DNA of 64,000 nucleotides, taken from the NCBI GenBank assembly GCA_963693365.1, contig CAVNZM010000006.1, forward strand, positions 7,915,264 through 7,979,263, read 5' to 3'. A program made the translations under genes and the position numbers. Numbering within the stretch: position 1 is the stretch's first letter; every line of letters begins with the position of its first letter. Under the pieces are notes generated by a model, which saw only the letters and a list, made by a program, of their open reading frames with translations, ran no database searches and was not told the DNA's origin. The stretch is from Amoebidium appalachense (lineage: Eukaryota; Protista; Ichthyosporea). Below are positions 34,781 through 49,057 of this stretch, one piece after another.

Positions 34781-35649
34781 CATTTACCTCCATTTTCTTT
34801 CTTCTTAGGGCCCCCTCTCTCCCCCCTCCCCTCCCCACCACCACCATCATTATTTTCCTTTATGGTTTTTTTATATATACTTTTTCAAGTGAAAGGAACA
34901 AGAGAGATGAAGGAGACCACTGGCGAGTCCTCCCCTTCAATGAAACACCCGCACACCCGCACACAAGCACACACACACGCACACACGGCACACACATGTG
35001 CTCTCGCGCAAAACACACACACATTTATATACTACCACCATACTTATAACGATCCTCAAGTCATTTGTTTAACCTCTTGCACTTTTGGGCATATCCGTAT
35101 TTTCTAAAATTTAGCAGCGGCTACTATAAACGGAGCTTTGTGCAAGCGCTTGCGTTTAAATTTTTTTTTACTTTGCGGAGGGGCTAAGGTGCAATATAGA
35201 TGTGTTCACGTCTTTCGTTCACAACATGCAAACTTTCTACGATCGTCACAACGTTAAAAGTAGCTGTGGTTACTAGGAGCAGAGAAGTGGGGAAGGTTAA
35301 GGTGAGAGGGCGGGAGGGGGAGAGGGAAGGTTGAGGAGCGAGGCGAGGGGAAAGGTAAGGGAAGGGGGGACGGAAGTCTTATAAGGGGGGGAGGGGAAGG
35401 GGAGGGGGGAGCCTCACCAGAAGAACATGTGTCTTTTTGTTGCTGCGTCCACTCAGCACAGTTTGAAGAATAACTATTTGCAGTGTGTGTGTATTCACTG
35501 CCCGACTTGCACACACAAACTGTTTTTGAGAAACCAATGGGTGTGCCTGCTGCATTTACGTAACCGTTGCATGTGGCTGCGTGTGATTGGGATGCTCCGT
35601 GGAGCAAAAGTGCTAAACTGGCATAGAATACTCCTCTTGATGCTGCCAT
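32316..35649 (-). CDS. Uncharacterised secreted Cys/Ser/Thr-rich protein, about 456 aa
   Basis: Phase-compatible exons 35649-35418, 34659-34322, 34035-33754, 33302-33120 and 32651-32316. Signal-peptide-like N-terminus MAASRGVFYASLALLLHGASQSHA, paired Cys residues and several N-x-S/T sequons. Confidence 0.75.
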
Positions 35650-37598
35650 TTTTAAAAGTGGATGGGTATTAGTTTTTTTTCCAGGTTTGACCTGGAGGAG
35701 TGGGTTGAAGGATTGCACGTTATGGTTTTAAGCATAGCCTGGCGTGTACGGTAGACGTGTGGACGAGTGAATTCAGCACATTGCCTCTGAATCAAAACAC
35801 CGCAAGTATATCAAACATGCGAAGGTGCAAGTAGAAGTAAGGTAAAGGCCCACGGATGCTTCACTACCTATAAGTACATTAAATATTCAACCAAAGTTAT
35901 GTGTTTTGGCCGTGGATCTGTCTTCACTCGAAGCTGTACAATTTTCGAAGCTTCTCTTCAGCAATGTAGGCAGATGCTTGTGATGCTATCAAAAGACTTA
36001 GTGCACCACAGAGTCCCAGCGTGCTTACAATCACTATATAACCTCACGAAACTTTACAGTACTAGAAACACACAAAGTGTACAAAAAAGATTGCAATAAT
36101 TTGTACTGAGTGTAGGCAACTGCAAAAGTAGAGTGAACTTGTGCGCGAGCCAGTCAAGCGTGTCGTTCATTCTTCTTTCGGCGTGCATTCCGGAGATTCC
36201 TGGCAACGCCCGTGTCACGTACTGTACATGCACCCTCCGTGACGGTTGACCGAGCAGCGGTCTCGAACATAAGTTAACGTTATTCAGGCTTCATGTATAC
36301 ACTAAAATATAAGTTTCCTTGATTTTGAGTTTATGAATTTCGTGTGTATTGGTTTGCTCTAGCTGAATTTATATGGAAGTACAGTACTGTAGGCTGTTGT
36401 CATGAACCACAGCCGGGCCACGGTGGAATCTGTGGTGAATACCAGAAGAGAGATATGGTATGTTAGGAATGCGGTGCTGGTGCTTTTGTACCCAGCAAAT
36501 TTGCAAGCGAGTGATTGGTACATAGAGAGACCCTGCCGCAAGGAGGTGATTCCATCTATCTACGTATACAACGTTGATACTAAACCCAAATCAACCGAAT
36601 TTTTTTTTTACATTACATTTTTATAACAGAAAATTTTTATACATATGTATGCTACATGCATATAAAGTTGGTGACAGCTGCAGGAGTGAGCCGCTACTGT
36701 TCAGCCGCACTCCGAAAAAGATTGATTCATTCGTTTTATTGGTTGATTATCATAGCTAGTTGTTACTAAACTCAATGAGTATCATGATTTATCCCTGATC
36801 GATTGGTCAAAAGGAGTTGCTCGCATTACAAAAGATAAATTTCGGTCGATATGATTCGATAATCTCCAGCCTAGGCCGGAGACACGAACGTGAAACTTTC
36901 TTCCCGTGAACGTCTCCAGATGTAGCCTACTCTGATCCGTCTTGCCAACGAGCCGAAAAAATATAAGACATGTACGTATGCGTATCTTGAGAAATTCATT
37001 TATAGTGGTATAATAGTGCCATTCATGCACGCCAAATCTTCGGTCACTTTTGAAAATTCGACAGCAGAAACGCTTTACCGTGGATCGAAGGTGGCATCTT
37101 TGGAATTCGCTCGAATGTCTGTGTCACATGTAGTCTATGATGTAGTTGCCTGATCGAGCACGCGGGTGGAGGACAGCTGCAGGCCACATCGCGGTCTACC
37201 ACCTACTGAGGCGGTGTCTCCTTTCTTTTCTTTTTTTTTCCTTTTTTTTTTTTTTACTTAAAAGGGACGTAGATGTTAAACGTCGCACGTGCGGCAACAC
37301 GTCAGTACGTGTTAGCATCGCGGTGGGCGGCGCGCCGCGGTGCCCGGTGGCCCCTTGGGTTGCACCCAGCGCGCGTGCATGCGGATAGTGTACATGTTCT
37401 CCACTGTAGGGGGGGGGGGGGGGGGGGGAGGGAGAGGGGAGAGAGAGAGAGAGAGAAAGAGAGAGGGAGGGAGGGAGAGAGAGGGAGGGAGAGGGAGAGG
37501 GAGAGGGAGCTCGAGAGAGGGAGAAAGAGAGAGAATTCGAGACTGACAGAGAGAGGGAGAGAGATAGAGAGAGAGCCTAGGGCCGGAGGGAGGGAGCT

Positions 37599-37631
<33 letters not shown>

Positions 37632-38740
37632 GGGGGGGGGGGGGGGGGGGGGGGGAGGGGAGGGAAGAGGAGAGAGAGAGAGAAAGAGCCTCGGAGAGAG
37701 AAAGGAGAGGGAAGGAGGGTGAGAGGGAAAAAAGGGAGCCTCCAGCGGAGAAAGCCTTATCGAGAGAGAGAGAGAGAGGTGGCCTGTGGGGTAGGGGAGG
37801 GGGCCTCGAGGATCCGGCCAATTATGTAGCCAATTGGGGAGCGGGGAGTTGCAATTATGAGACACGGAGAGAGAGATCAGAGAGAAAGACAGGGGCGGAA
37901 ACGGGGGGCGAAGAGAGTGAGAGAGCAATCGGAGTCGAGAGAGGCGAGGCTCGCGGGGGGAGGGGGGAGACAGTGAGACAGTGACAGACAGATCACGATA
38001 GAGCGAAAGAGAGAGCCCTCATGTCTCATGACAGAGAAAAAGAGCTTGATTACAGGGGGAGGGGGGATCAACAAATAAGTATGTTTGCTGATGCAAAAAC
38101 AATATTGTTACATTGAGTAACTCACGAACCGAACGAAAACATATTCAGTATTCGCACGTTATGGTGGCCGGGGGCCAGGCCACGGAATAAACGCTTTTTA
38201 TTGGCCTCAAATCAGCCATCTATATATAGCGCCAAGCAGCCTATGTTCTGTGCCTACAACAAAACACGGTCTCTCTCTCGCCTGTTTTATCACCAGTTCA
38301 TACACTGAACACTAGACAAAAACACTTTTGAACACTAGACAAAAACACTTTTTGGGTAAGCATTAAACAAACAATAGTACATTCAACGGTGTTCTGGGGT
38401 TATAGGCGCTCTTGTACAAACATGTTAGGGGGGAAAAAAAAGAGGCAATAAACAAGAAAAACAGGAGCTCATGTGAAAAGAACGTTTTAAAAGAAACCTT
38501 TCCATTTCCGGAGGGTGTCTTCTATCTTTGTCTTAATGCATCGACGTTCGATTTCGCGTTTTCAAAAACGAACCAATTCGCGTTCACTCACACAACACCA
38601 TTAAGCAAAATATAGCAACTTGAAAGTGCAACAACACATTTCAACCGTATATATAATGTGGCAGGCGCGCCAAAAAGACAGACCCTTATATATATAGCAA
38701 GTGCACCGGCACACCTTACCCACATATAGTAATTAGTTAT

Positions 38741-39040
38741 TTACTTGTTTGCGGCGGCATTCTTCATGTGGTTAAGGGCACTGCCGGCCTTGTACCACTG
38801 AATCTGGCCCTCGTTCATGGTGTGGTTAAGGCTGATGCTCACCTTGCTGCCGTCAGGCTTGGTGATCGTGGCCTGGACGTGCTGCAGAAAGAAAAAATGT
38901 TACCAAAAATGTTTTGAAGTGTTCGGCGTGTGTGTGTGTGTGTGTGTGTGTAGCGCAGGCAGGCAGGCAGGCAGGCAGGGGGGGACGGGCATGCACAACC
39001 ACAGGGAGAGAGGGGGGGGGGGGGGGGGGGGGGGGGGGAG

Positions 39041-39087
<47 letters not shown>

Positions 39088-39239
39088 GTGTGTGTGTGTG
39101 TGTGTGTTTTTCGGGAGACAGGGGTGTCTCCACATGTGCAATTCCTGTAGAGTTGGTTGCTTAGCAGGGTGAGTGTGTGGAAATGTGTGGGAGTGTGTCA
39201 GTCCACACACTCAAGAATGCATGGAGGGATAGGGTCCCG

Positions 39240-39278
<39 letters not shown>

Positions 39279-39807
39279 TTGAATGCGGAACACGGTACGA
39301 AGTACGCATACACGACGAGCTAGGACACATGAATGTTTGCCAAACATTCAAGTATGCAAAATCAGCCACGTGCACATTATGCGTCATAAGCAGAGCCCAT
39401 CCTCAGGGAGGACCCAAGTCATCAATTGGGGGGGGGGGGGCATCACTCCAGCCGCACACACACACACACACGCACCTTGCCAACGGCGAGCTCGGTGGTT
39501 TTGAGGGACACGCGGTCCTCCGGGTTGATCTTGTCGTAGTCGGCAGGGTTGGAAAAGGTCAGGGGGAGAATACCCTGCTTCTTCAGGTTAGTCTCGTGGA
39601 TGCGTGCAAAAGACTTCACGATAATTGCCGCGCCACCCAGGTGGCGGGGTTCGAGGGCGGCGTGCTCGCGGGAGCTGCCCTCGCCGTAGTTCTCGTCACC
39701 AACGACAACCCAGCTGACACCGTTCTTCTTGTAGTTGCTGTGTGGGAGAAGGGTGTGGGTGTGTGTGTATGGGTGTGTGTGTATGTGTGTGTGTGTGTGT
39801 GTGTTTT

Positions 39808-39838
<31 letters not shown>

Positions 39839-40799
39839 GGGGGGAGGGGGGGGAGGTAAGTATGTGGTGGTGGTTTGCAATGTGTATGAATGCTACCTTT
39901 TTTTTTTGGGGGGGGGGGGGGGTAAGTATGCGGTGGTGGTTTGCAATGTGTGTATGAATGCTATTTCTTGAGTAGATGTGGTGTGTGTTGTTTGTTGTTG
40001 TTGTTGTTGTTTGGGGGGGGGGGGGGGGGGGGGAGGAAGAAGCGACGTTGGAACGGGAACATGTGCACATGTATGCATGCGGGTGTAACCGGTACGCTAG
40101 TGTGTGCAAGCCTAAGCATACGCTCTCCCGACCCAAAGGTAAGGGATACATACCGGGCCACATCGGGCACGGCACCCCAGCTGCCATCGAGGACGTTCTT
40201 AACCTCGTTGCTCTTGCCGTTGGCCTGCAAGAGAAGAAACGATCAGCACACAGCAAGGGAAAGCACAAACCCGAAAAAAATCATGTAGTCATGCTGCGGC
40301 GTTCTATTTTGGGGCACAAAAGGTTGTATGTGAATGTGAATGGCTAGTAAACAACATGCAAACTACAATAACCATGTTGCTTGAGATGTTGTCGTAAACG
40401 ACTAGTCAAGTATTTTATGTGAACGCACGTATAGTTGCGAGAATATACGATGTTATGTGCATGTGTCAACGGTAGGAGGCAGTAATAAGGGAGGTACACG
40501 TACGGCGTTAACGGCACCAATGAGCATGTTGTTTGAGATGTTGTCGAGGTGGCCGCGGTACTTGAGCCATGGCCCGGCCATAGAGATGTGGTCAGTCGTG
40601 CACTTGCCCACGGCCTTGATCAGAACGGGCATGTTCTCGTGGTCCTTGCCGTCCCACTGTGGGAAAAATGAAGAAAAAAAGGAGGGTCAGTTATCGGTGA
40701 GTGTTTAAAGTGTGTGTCTAGCCCGCGCCAGTTATCGGTGCGTGTTTAGAGTGTGTCTTTAGCCCGTGTGTGTGTGTGTTTGCAGGAGGAGTTGGGCCG

Positions 40800-40834
<35 letters not shown>

Positions 40835-41439
40835 AACGGCCTGATTCATATTCATAGTGAGATTAGAGTGTGAAGTCCACATTGGCTAAGGACAACCGGG
40901 GAGGAGAGGCAGGGAGGGAGGGAGGGAGGGAGGGATGAGGAGGGGTGGTGGAGGCTGGGGGGAAAGGGGGGGCAGGGTAATTATCGGGAGGGAGGGCAAG
41001 GGCACACATACAGGCTTGAAGGGCTCCAGCAGCTGAAGGCGCTGAGACTTGGGGTCGACATCCACAGTCAGGCCGGCAGAGTTCTCGGGGGGTGCCTGGT
41101 ACGTGTCCTCCCCTGCGTCAAACCCGCGCACGGGCAACTCATCGCCGTGGGGAGCCGCAAGCTTGAACTTCTCGCCGTTGGGGGCGGTGAGAGAGTCGGT
41201 CATAGGGTTGAACGTGAGGGAACCGGCAATGGAAAGGGCCGTGACGATCTCAGGGGAGGCGACGAAGGCGTGCGTGGCGGGGTTGCCGTCCTGGCGCTTG
41301 GTGAAGTTGCTGTAGGGAGAAAAAAAATTGGGGGTTAGAAGGGAGATGGAGTGCTTTAGAAGAGGTGGAACAGAGAAAGTCCTGCTTGGAAGGGGGAGGA
41401 ATAGTGTGTGCATGTGCGTGTGTGCGTGTATTTTTTTGT

Positions 41440-41473
<34 letters not shown>

Positions 41474-42165
41474 GAGGATCCTGCCTGGAAAGTAAAAGCG
41501 TGCAAAGACTATGGCATGCGCATGCGTGCGCGTGCGGTGGTGCCGTATGTGTGTTCGTGTTTGTGTTTGTGTGTGTGTGTGTGTGTGTGTTTGCGGCCAG
41601 GCGAAGGAGGGGGGGGGGGGGGGAAGAGAAAGGGGGGAGGAGAGGGAGGGAGGGAGGGGGGGGGGGGGGGGGGGGAGCAGCACACGTACCGGTTGTATGA
41701 GGTGATGATGGAGTTCTTTGTGCCCTTGGGGACATCCGTGCGGTCCCACTGACCAATGCATGGGCCGCAAGCGTTGGCAAGAACCATGGCTCCGGCCTTC
41801 TCGAACACCTCAGCCTGGCCATCCTGTATGTGGGAAAAGGGGGGTTAGGGTGTGTCATGGATATGGAATGGGAAGTGGACGTTCATGATGAAAGGAATTC
41901 ATCTTCTCGTTCTTTTTGTTGGGAATAATAGGTGAGAGGGAGAGAGGAGAGAGGGAGGGAGACGAGGGGGGGGGCGGAGAGGGGGGGAGAGAGAGACGAT
42001 CCTCAAAGAGGTGAGGGGAAGGGGGTTAGAACACGCCACAAGAGTATAAATTACACATTTAGTGGTGGTGCACAAGAATATACATTGGGAAGCTCATTGG
42101 GGAGTGTGTGTGTGCGTGTGTGTGTGTGTTTTGGGGGGAGGATCGAGAAACCTTTTTTTTTTTTT

Positions 42166-42207
<42 letters not shown>

Positions 42208-43274
42208 AGAGCAGCATACCCTGGTGATGGTGGCGCGGACCTGCTCAGAGCCCGGGGTGACGGTGAACTTGCTCTTGAGCTTCATACCCTTGTCTGGGGG
42301 GAAAGTGGAAAGTGTGAGACGCAGTGGGCCAGGTGCACATAATTGACATGGGCGCAACATGGGGTGAGGGATTTTAAAAGAGGGAGGGGGGGGGGGGGGA
42401 AGAAGAAGGGGGTGTGCTGGTGAGGGAGACCTGTGTGTTGTGTGTGTTTGGCCATATGTAGCCTCGTAAAAGAATGGGGTTGTCTGTGTGTGTGTGTCTC
42501 TCTCTCTCTGTGTGTGTGTGTGTGGGGAAAGAAGTTTGGGGGGAAGGGGGGGGAGGGGAAGATCCATGCATTTGGGGGGGAAGGAAGGAGAGCGGGTGGG
42601 CGGGCGGGCGGGGAGGGCGGAGGGGGGGGGGGTTCATATATAACATACCAAGGGCCTGCTTAACGAGGGAAGCAGAGCGGCCCATATCCTCATAAGAAGA
42701 GTTGGTGCACGAACCAATCAGACCGACCTTAAGCTCCTCGGGCCACCCCTCCTTCTTCACCGTCTCAGCGAACTTGGACAGAGGGTGAGCAAGGTCGGGG
42801 GTGAAGGGACCGTTAATGTACGGCTCGAGCTCAGACAGGTTAATCTCAATCACGCGATCATAGTTGCATCCCTCATCGGGCGTAAGGAGGTGCTTGTACT
42901 TCTCTGCAAGCTTGGCGATATCCTCGCGCCCCCGTGGCCTTCAGGTAAGCGGCCTGGCGGTGGTTGAAGGGGAAAACGGAGGTGGTGGCGCCGATCTCTG
43001 CACCCATGTTGCAAATGGTGGCCATGCCGGTGCACGACATTGACTCCACGCCGGGGCCGTAGTACTCGACAATGGCTCCGGTACCTCCCTTGACCGTCAG
43101 GATACCGGCAACCTTGAGGATCACGTCTATGGGGAAGGGAGGGGGGAGGGGATGGTAAGTAAGGGGAGGGGGGAGATGCAACAGAGGGATGACGAATGAT
43201 ATTATGTGGGGATGATAAGATCTGTTGGGTGTTATGCTGAGGAACGGTGCCAGGGGGAAAACGAAGAGGGGGCT

Positions 43275-43307
<33 letters not shown>

Positions 43308-43658
43308 CTAAGAGAGTGTGTCTGTTTAGGGCGCTGGCGGCGGGTAGGGTGGGATATCAGCGGGCAATGTCATGTGCAGTGCAGCGGGAGAGGGGGAGGG
43401 GGGGGGGGATTGGATGGGTGGGAAGGGGAGGAGGGCATGAGCTAACGCCTGTCATCAAGAGAGGGGGGGGGGGGGGGGGGGAACACGCACCCTTGGGGGA
43501 AGCCCAGCCGTTGAGCTTTCCGGTAAGCTTGACACCGATGACCTTGGGGGCCTTGAGCTCCCAGGGGATATCGGCCATCACATCAACGGCATCGGCACCA
43601 CCAACACCAATGCAGATACCACCAAGACCGCCTGTGTGTGTGTGTGTGTGTGTATTGG

Positions 43659-43709
<51 letters not shown>

Positions 43710-46548
43710 GGGGGGGGTAGGTGCATGGGATGAGATGGGGGAACCGAAAGAAAAGAAACGAAAATGTCGAATCGGTCTACCAAAACAAGCGCCATGCCCA
43801 CAACAGCCCACCAGTGAAAAGTGGGGATGGAGGGAGGGGATGTGGGGGGGGGGGGATAAGGAGGAGAAGGAAAAAGGAGGAGGGGGGAGGGGGGCAGGTT
43901 TGAAATGCATGCAACATGAGGGTAAGTGAGGGGGAAAGAAGGGAGATATCTACTACAATTCCCTTCCTTTACTGTTTGCCTGCCACCCCTCCCTCACCCT
44001 CCCCCCACCACCACCACCACCATCACCACCACAACCTCGCCACAGACACTACATAGATGTAACGACAGTTATCAAGGATATGGGGACACATACCGCCGTT
44101 GGGGGTGTGGGAGTCAGTGCCGATCATCAGCAGACCGGGGAACACGTAGTTCTCAAGGGTGATCTGGTGGATAATACCGCTGCCTGGCTTCCAGAAACCA
44201 ACCTGTTTATGGCCACAAATCAACAATCAGAAAAAGGGGGTGGTGGTGTTTTGCATCACAAGTGGCAAGTGCTAAGGGGTGTGAACATGGGCAGCGAGGG
44301 AGAGTGGGGGATGGGGAAGAGGGGAAAGGAGGGGGGAAGAAGCGTGTCTCACCAGTCATTATGGGGAGGGGGTTACATTTCAGAGGAGAGTAAGAGAGAG
44401 AAAGGCAGATGTCATTGCGTGTGTGTGGATGGGGCTGAGGGGGGGGGGGGGGAGTCATTATGGGGAGGGGGTTACATTTCAGGGGAGAGTAAGAGGGGGA
44501 AAGGCGGATGCCATTGCGTGTGTGTGTGTGTGTGTGTGTGTGCGGGGAAGGGGGGGGGGGGGGGGGGGGTTGAAGAAAAGGAAACATACGCCGTACTTGG
44601 CGCCGGCGGAGGCGAGGAAGTTGTAAACCTCCTTGTTGATGTCCTTGGCACGTGCAAGATCGGCCGGGCCACCCTTCTGGGCCTCAATCAGATGGTCACA
44701 GTGAATGGTGGAGGGCACGGCTACCTTGGGAAGGCCGGAGCTGATGAACTGGAGCATAGCCATCTGGAGGAGGAGGGGGGAGGGGGTTAGAATTTGTTAT
44801 GGTCCAGGGGGGAAGGGGGGGGGGGGTTAGAATTTGTTATGGTCCAGGGGGGAAGGGGGGAGGGGGGGGGGGAGGAAGGGGAAAGAAAAGACATTGGGGG
44901 GGATATAGAAAGGGGCGAGAGTGTTGAAAGTGTGGGGATGGAGGCATGGGGAGGTGAGTGAGTGTGTTGATGGCAGGGGTGGGCTGGGAAACAACGTGGA
45001 CATAAAACCTGCACACCATAGCATATCAGCAGGGCAAGGAGGTAGGGGTGGGGTGCTTGTATGTGCATGGGTGCACGGGTGCACGGGGGAGGGGGTGGGG
45101 GGGAAGGGGCCAAGAGATTGAAGAAAAGAGATTCTCTTGGGCAGCGGCTACAGGGCCCTCCTCCACAAAAAGATGAGGGGGGGGGGGGAGGGGGTGAGAG
45201 AAGGAGGAAGGGGAGGGGGGATACCTGTGCGGTGGCATCCTGCATGCACACGCGGTCCGGGCGCAGCTTCAGGTAGCTGACACCGCGCTCGAGCTCCTGT
45301 GTGTGACAGCAAAACGTCAGGAAAAAGGACAAGGAGAGAGACAAGCAAGTCCTCTGACATGTGAGACTCGTCGAAGAAGAGCAAAAGCACAACGTTTTTC
45401 AAAACGCAAGCAAGTCCTTGGCTATGTGAGATGAGGTGGATGGAAAAAGCGGACAAGGAGAGAGGCATTGTGACCACAAAAGCAGGTCCATGAATATGTG
45501 AAACTCTTCGAAGAAGAGAATAAGCAGATGGATTCTGAAGATGCAAGCAAGGCTTTTGACATGCGAGGTTCGTCAAGGAATGGAGATGATGTGGATGGAG
45601 GATGAGGAGAGGGGAAGGGAGACTTGACAGCAGGGTTAAATAGAGGGAGTGAGGACTGGGAGGAGAGGAAGAAAGAAGTTGACAGCTGGGCTGAGAAACT
45701 TACAGCCTCAGCGGCATTGTCGAGATGACCGTACACGATCTTCTCAGCAAGAGTAAGAGGGCGATTCAACCTGTTGGTAACATGGAGGGTTAACACGTGC
45801 ATAAACAAGAGCCCATAAACTGACAGCGCTGGAGGGTGCCTACACAACATGCTTTCAATGAAAGGAAAAGACTGTGCTCGTCTGCTCTCACAAGAACAGC
45901 ATAACCAAGACCTGGTGAACAGGATCACTTCCTGAGCGATGACTAGTGCCCACAAGCTTTACAAAGACACAACCTGCCAGAAACCCACATCATGATAGAA
46001 TGTCAAGACCCGTGTGTGGAAAACAGCATACCTCTTCTTGACGACATTGATGTTGGCCTCGAGCTTGTCATAATCGATGAACTTGCCCTTGTCTAAGCGG
46101 GAAAGGGGGACGGTGGAGATGAGGCGCGTAGCCACAGTGTACACTGCGGGCTGGAAGCGCGAAGACACACGCTGGACAGCATCCAGGGCGACAGTAAGTT
46201 TCATTTCATGTATATTCCTTCATCGCACATACACATAAACATCGAGTACGCCGTCTACTACGAAGTTCAAAGAGCAAAGTTCTCATTCGATGATTAGAAA
46301 ACCCATATTGAAAGCTGCTTTCCTGGCTACCATCCAACCATCATAACTTATGTCAAAAGGCAACAAAAGGCAACAAAAAGCAACCCACAAGTACCCCATC
46401 CATCTCTCCCCTGCAAAAAACGATGTCCATGTGGTCTGCTGTCCTGCTCTTCCCTTCAGCATCTCCTTCCTCTACTATAACCCAATCAGAAAAAGAGAGA
46501 CCGTGGTGACTTTCTACTTACCCGAACGGTGACGTGAAGAGACTGCAT
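38741..46548 (-). CDS. ACO2: Mitochondrial aconitate hydratase
   Basis: Approximate exons: 46548-46522, 46171-46032, 45771-45703, 45296-45225, 44763-44590, 44202-44093, 43631-43491, 43126-42649, 42293-42220, 41824-41690, 41309-41012, 40657-40502, 40224-40153, 39737-39476, 38881-38741. Motifs [87 protein letters not shown]. Arg/Ser-rich presequence [15 protein letters not shown]. One apparent +1 frameshift at 42929-42933. Confidence 0.97.
39277..39423 (-). repeat. Dispersed 130-bp repeat family, copy 5, in an aconitase intron
   Basis: Reverse complement reads atgacttgggtcctccctgaggatgggctctgcttatg...gtacttcgtaccgtgttccgcattcaaaa followed by poly-C. Confidence 0.75.
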
Positions 46549-47264
46549 TCTACCTCCGTTAGCGCCGGGAAACCGGGCGGAAAAACAAAAACAAGGAAGG
46601 ATGGGAAAACACCACACAACGCTGTGTGTTGGTGTCTGAACAAACAAAAGCGGACGGCATGGCATGGTTTTATAGTTCTAGAAGAATTGAGTCAACCAAT
46701 CAGAGGTCACGACAGGAATCGGCGCGAGCAATGCGTGACATGATAGAGGCGTTGGCCAAGTTGTAGGAGAGAACTTCAGAGAAGCAGGCATTTTATAGCG
46801 ATGAACGATTACAACGCATTTTATTTGGGTTTTAAATAAAAGTTTATATTATTAATGTTTTTTTGTGTCTTATTTTCTGGATAGGGTATCCATAGCTGCA
46901 CAACATGAATTTACCTGTCAAGCTATTCAAATTCTAAAAAACTTTGCAACCAATAAGTGACAACGATGGCTGCTATATTTAGTAATTTTTAAATAAAGAT
47001 ACAATCCGAGCAATGGCTGAACTGGCTTTTCAGCTGATCACGAGGGGTGCCCTGATTCGCTTGTGATAGGTGAGCGCCTCAGGGGCACAAAAAAGACGAT
47101 CAGAGTGATCATTGCGGTGTACAGATATTCAGCCGTTTTGGCCATATTTTATATCATGCAATATTGTATAGCAAATACAAATATGAAATGGTCAAGCTGC
47201 GCCGCACTCTGCTTTGCAAAAACATTCGAAAGCTTCGAACAACTTTCGAATCTCTGTCTTTTTC

Positions 47265-47395
47265 TTTCATTGGCTCGTGATCGTTTGCCGCAATTTCAGT
47301 GGTGCTAGCTGTGACCAATCAAAACGTGAGCCAAAATTGTGCTCGCTTCCTATTGGCTTAGACCACACAATGGGTCGGGCGGCTCTCTATATAAA
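47265..47395 (+). promoter_or_regulatory. CCAAT-box cluster with TATA box, divergent from aconitase
   Basis: attgg at about 47270, ccaatc at about 47315, attgg at about 47352, TATATAAA at 47388-47395. Confidence 0.35.
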
Positions 47396-47630
47396 GAGAT
47401 GAACGATCATAAACCGCTGTTTTGCAGTCGCATTGTGTCTGAGAGGGCCATTTTTTTGAGCCACTATGCCCATGTAAAGCACGATAAAAGGGAGAGAAAT
47501 GGATGGATTATGTTAGCAACATGAGTTTCTACGGCGTAATCGAGCCCAGAGAGCGACACATTCACGCCTACTACAGAATTGTGAGTCGGTGGGTAGTACT
47601 AAGACTACTACTGAGACGACACACAACTTC

Positions 47631-47677
<47 letters not shown>

Positions 47678-48796
47678 AAAAAAAAAAAAAAAAAAACAGC
47701 AGAAAGGCTTGTACAAGGCTGAAAGCAATGTTCAGCTCCCTGAACATGCGAAATAAAAAGAGTAGTGTGAAAAATATCGACTGTCAATTTTCGAAGAACA
47801 GTACCACAAATACACATGTAGTATTATTGCCAGCTACACGCGAACTGCATGCAGCTCAGGTGCCTACATTTGTTCTAAATTGATTCCAAGCATGGTTCCA
47901 TTTGTTTCGTTGCGCTCTTGGCTAATGTTAGACAGCCAATGTCTAAATCGCTGATTTACCACGTTTATAAACACAAACTTGCCGAATAGACATGAAATTT
48001 GCCACCGCTATATATGCTTTTGTAAACAGCTTATTCCCTCAATAACACAAGCTACACCCTAGCTAGACGTGATATTTGCAACCCCTATCATAATAGTAAT
48101 TAATATATAGCAAGTTTGTTAAAGTTTGTTAATCAACAAATTTCAGGCTCAAGTTGTTGATCTGCCAGGTAGTTCCTGTTCACAGAAACAGAGCTCGAGA
48201 GAGAGAGAGAGGTGGGGGGGGGGGGGGGGGATAACTTGTCTGTGACAGAGCAAGCCTGGAGGGAGAGGAGGGGATAAAGAGAGACGGGGGTGGGGTTGGG
48301 AAGAACGGGAGAGGGAGAAAGAAAGAGCGAGAAAGCAGTTGCAAGAGACTTTCAGTGAGCCAGCCAGGAGAGCCCACACGAAGTCGAATCATCACGGTCA
48401 ACCAACCCATTAGTTAATCTCTAAACACAGTGTTATGTCAACAATTTACTCTCGAAAATGAGAAAAAGTGTTTAGCGAGAGTCTTGGGAAGAGCCTTAGA
48501 AGGGGACGATCGACACCCCACTGTTCCTCCTCCCCCTCCCCCCCCCCCCCCCCCCCCCCCCCCTCCCCTTCCCTTGGGCCCCTTCCCCCCAACCCCCCTT
48601 TTTTCTCCCCGGGCTTTCATTCCCCATGTGCCCCCACAAGCACACCGACACCTAGCTCTTACCATCACCACACTGATATGAAATGTGATAAACAGCCCTG
48701 TTCCACGTTTTGGAATCAAAAAGAAAATCTCTGAGTTCACAAACCAAGCTAGGAGCACAAATTTTGGTTACCTGTGCTTAGTATTCCCTCCCTCCC

Positions 48797-48845
<49 letters not shown>

Positions 48846-49021
48846 ATCCCCAACATTTGCCTGCTTCGTGACACGCTCTTCGTGTGTGCTCTTTTTTTTT
48901 TGTTTTTCGTGCGTGTGGAGACTACATTATGCTATTCTGTTGCGAGTGCATACTTCGTACTGTGTATGCGTATGGCATTCTAGCCCGATGACGCTGTGTA
49001 AACCCCCCCTATGTACCTCCC

Positions 49022-49057
<36 letters not shown>

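Noticed and set aside
35900-37400. Short ORFs and Cys-containing fragments between the secreted-protein gene and aconitase
   Set aside because: No coherent exon chain or recognisable motif.
42649-43126. Aconitase pseudogene or programmed frameshift
   Set aside because: A single indel in a homopolymer with all catalytic and Fe-S motifs intact; sequencing error is more likely.
46172-46204. Aconitase start at ATG 46204 ([11 protein letters not shown])
   Set aside because: This stretch ends in an acceptor (tccAG). The upstream exon 46548-46522 has a GTAAGT donor and gives a better mitochondrial presequence.
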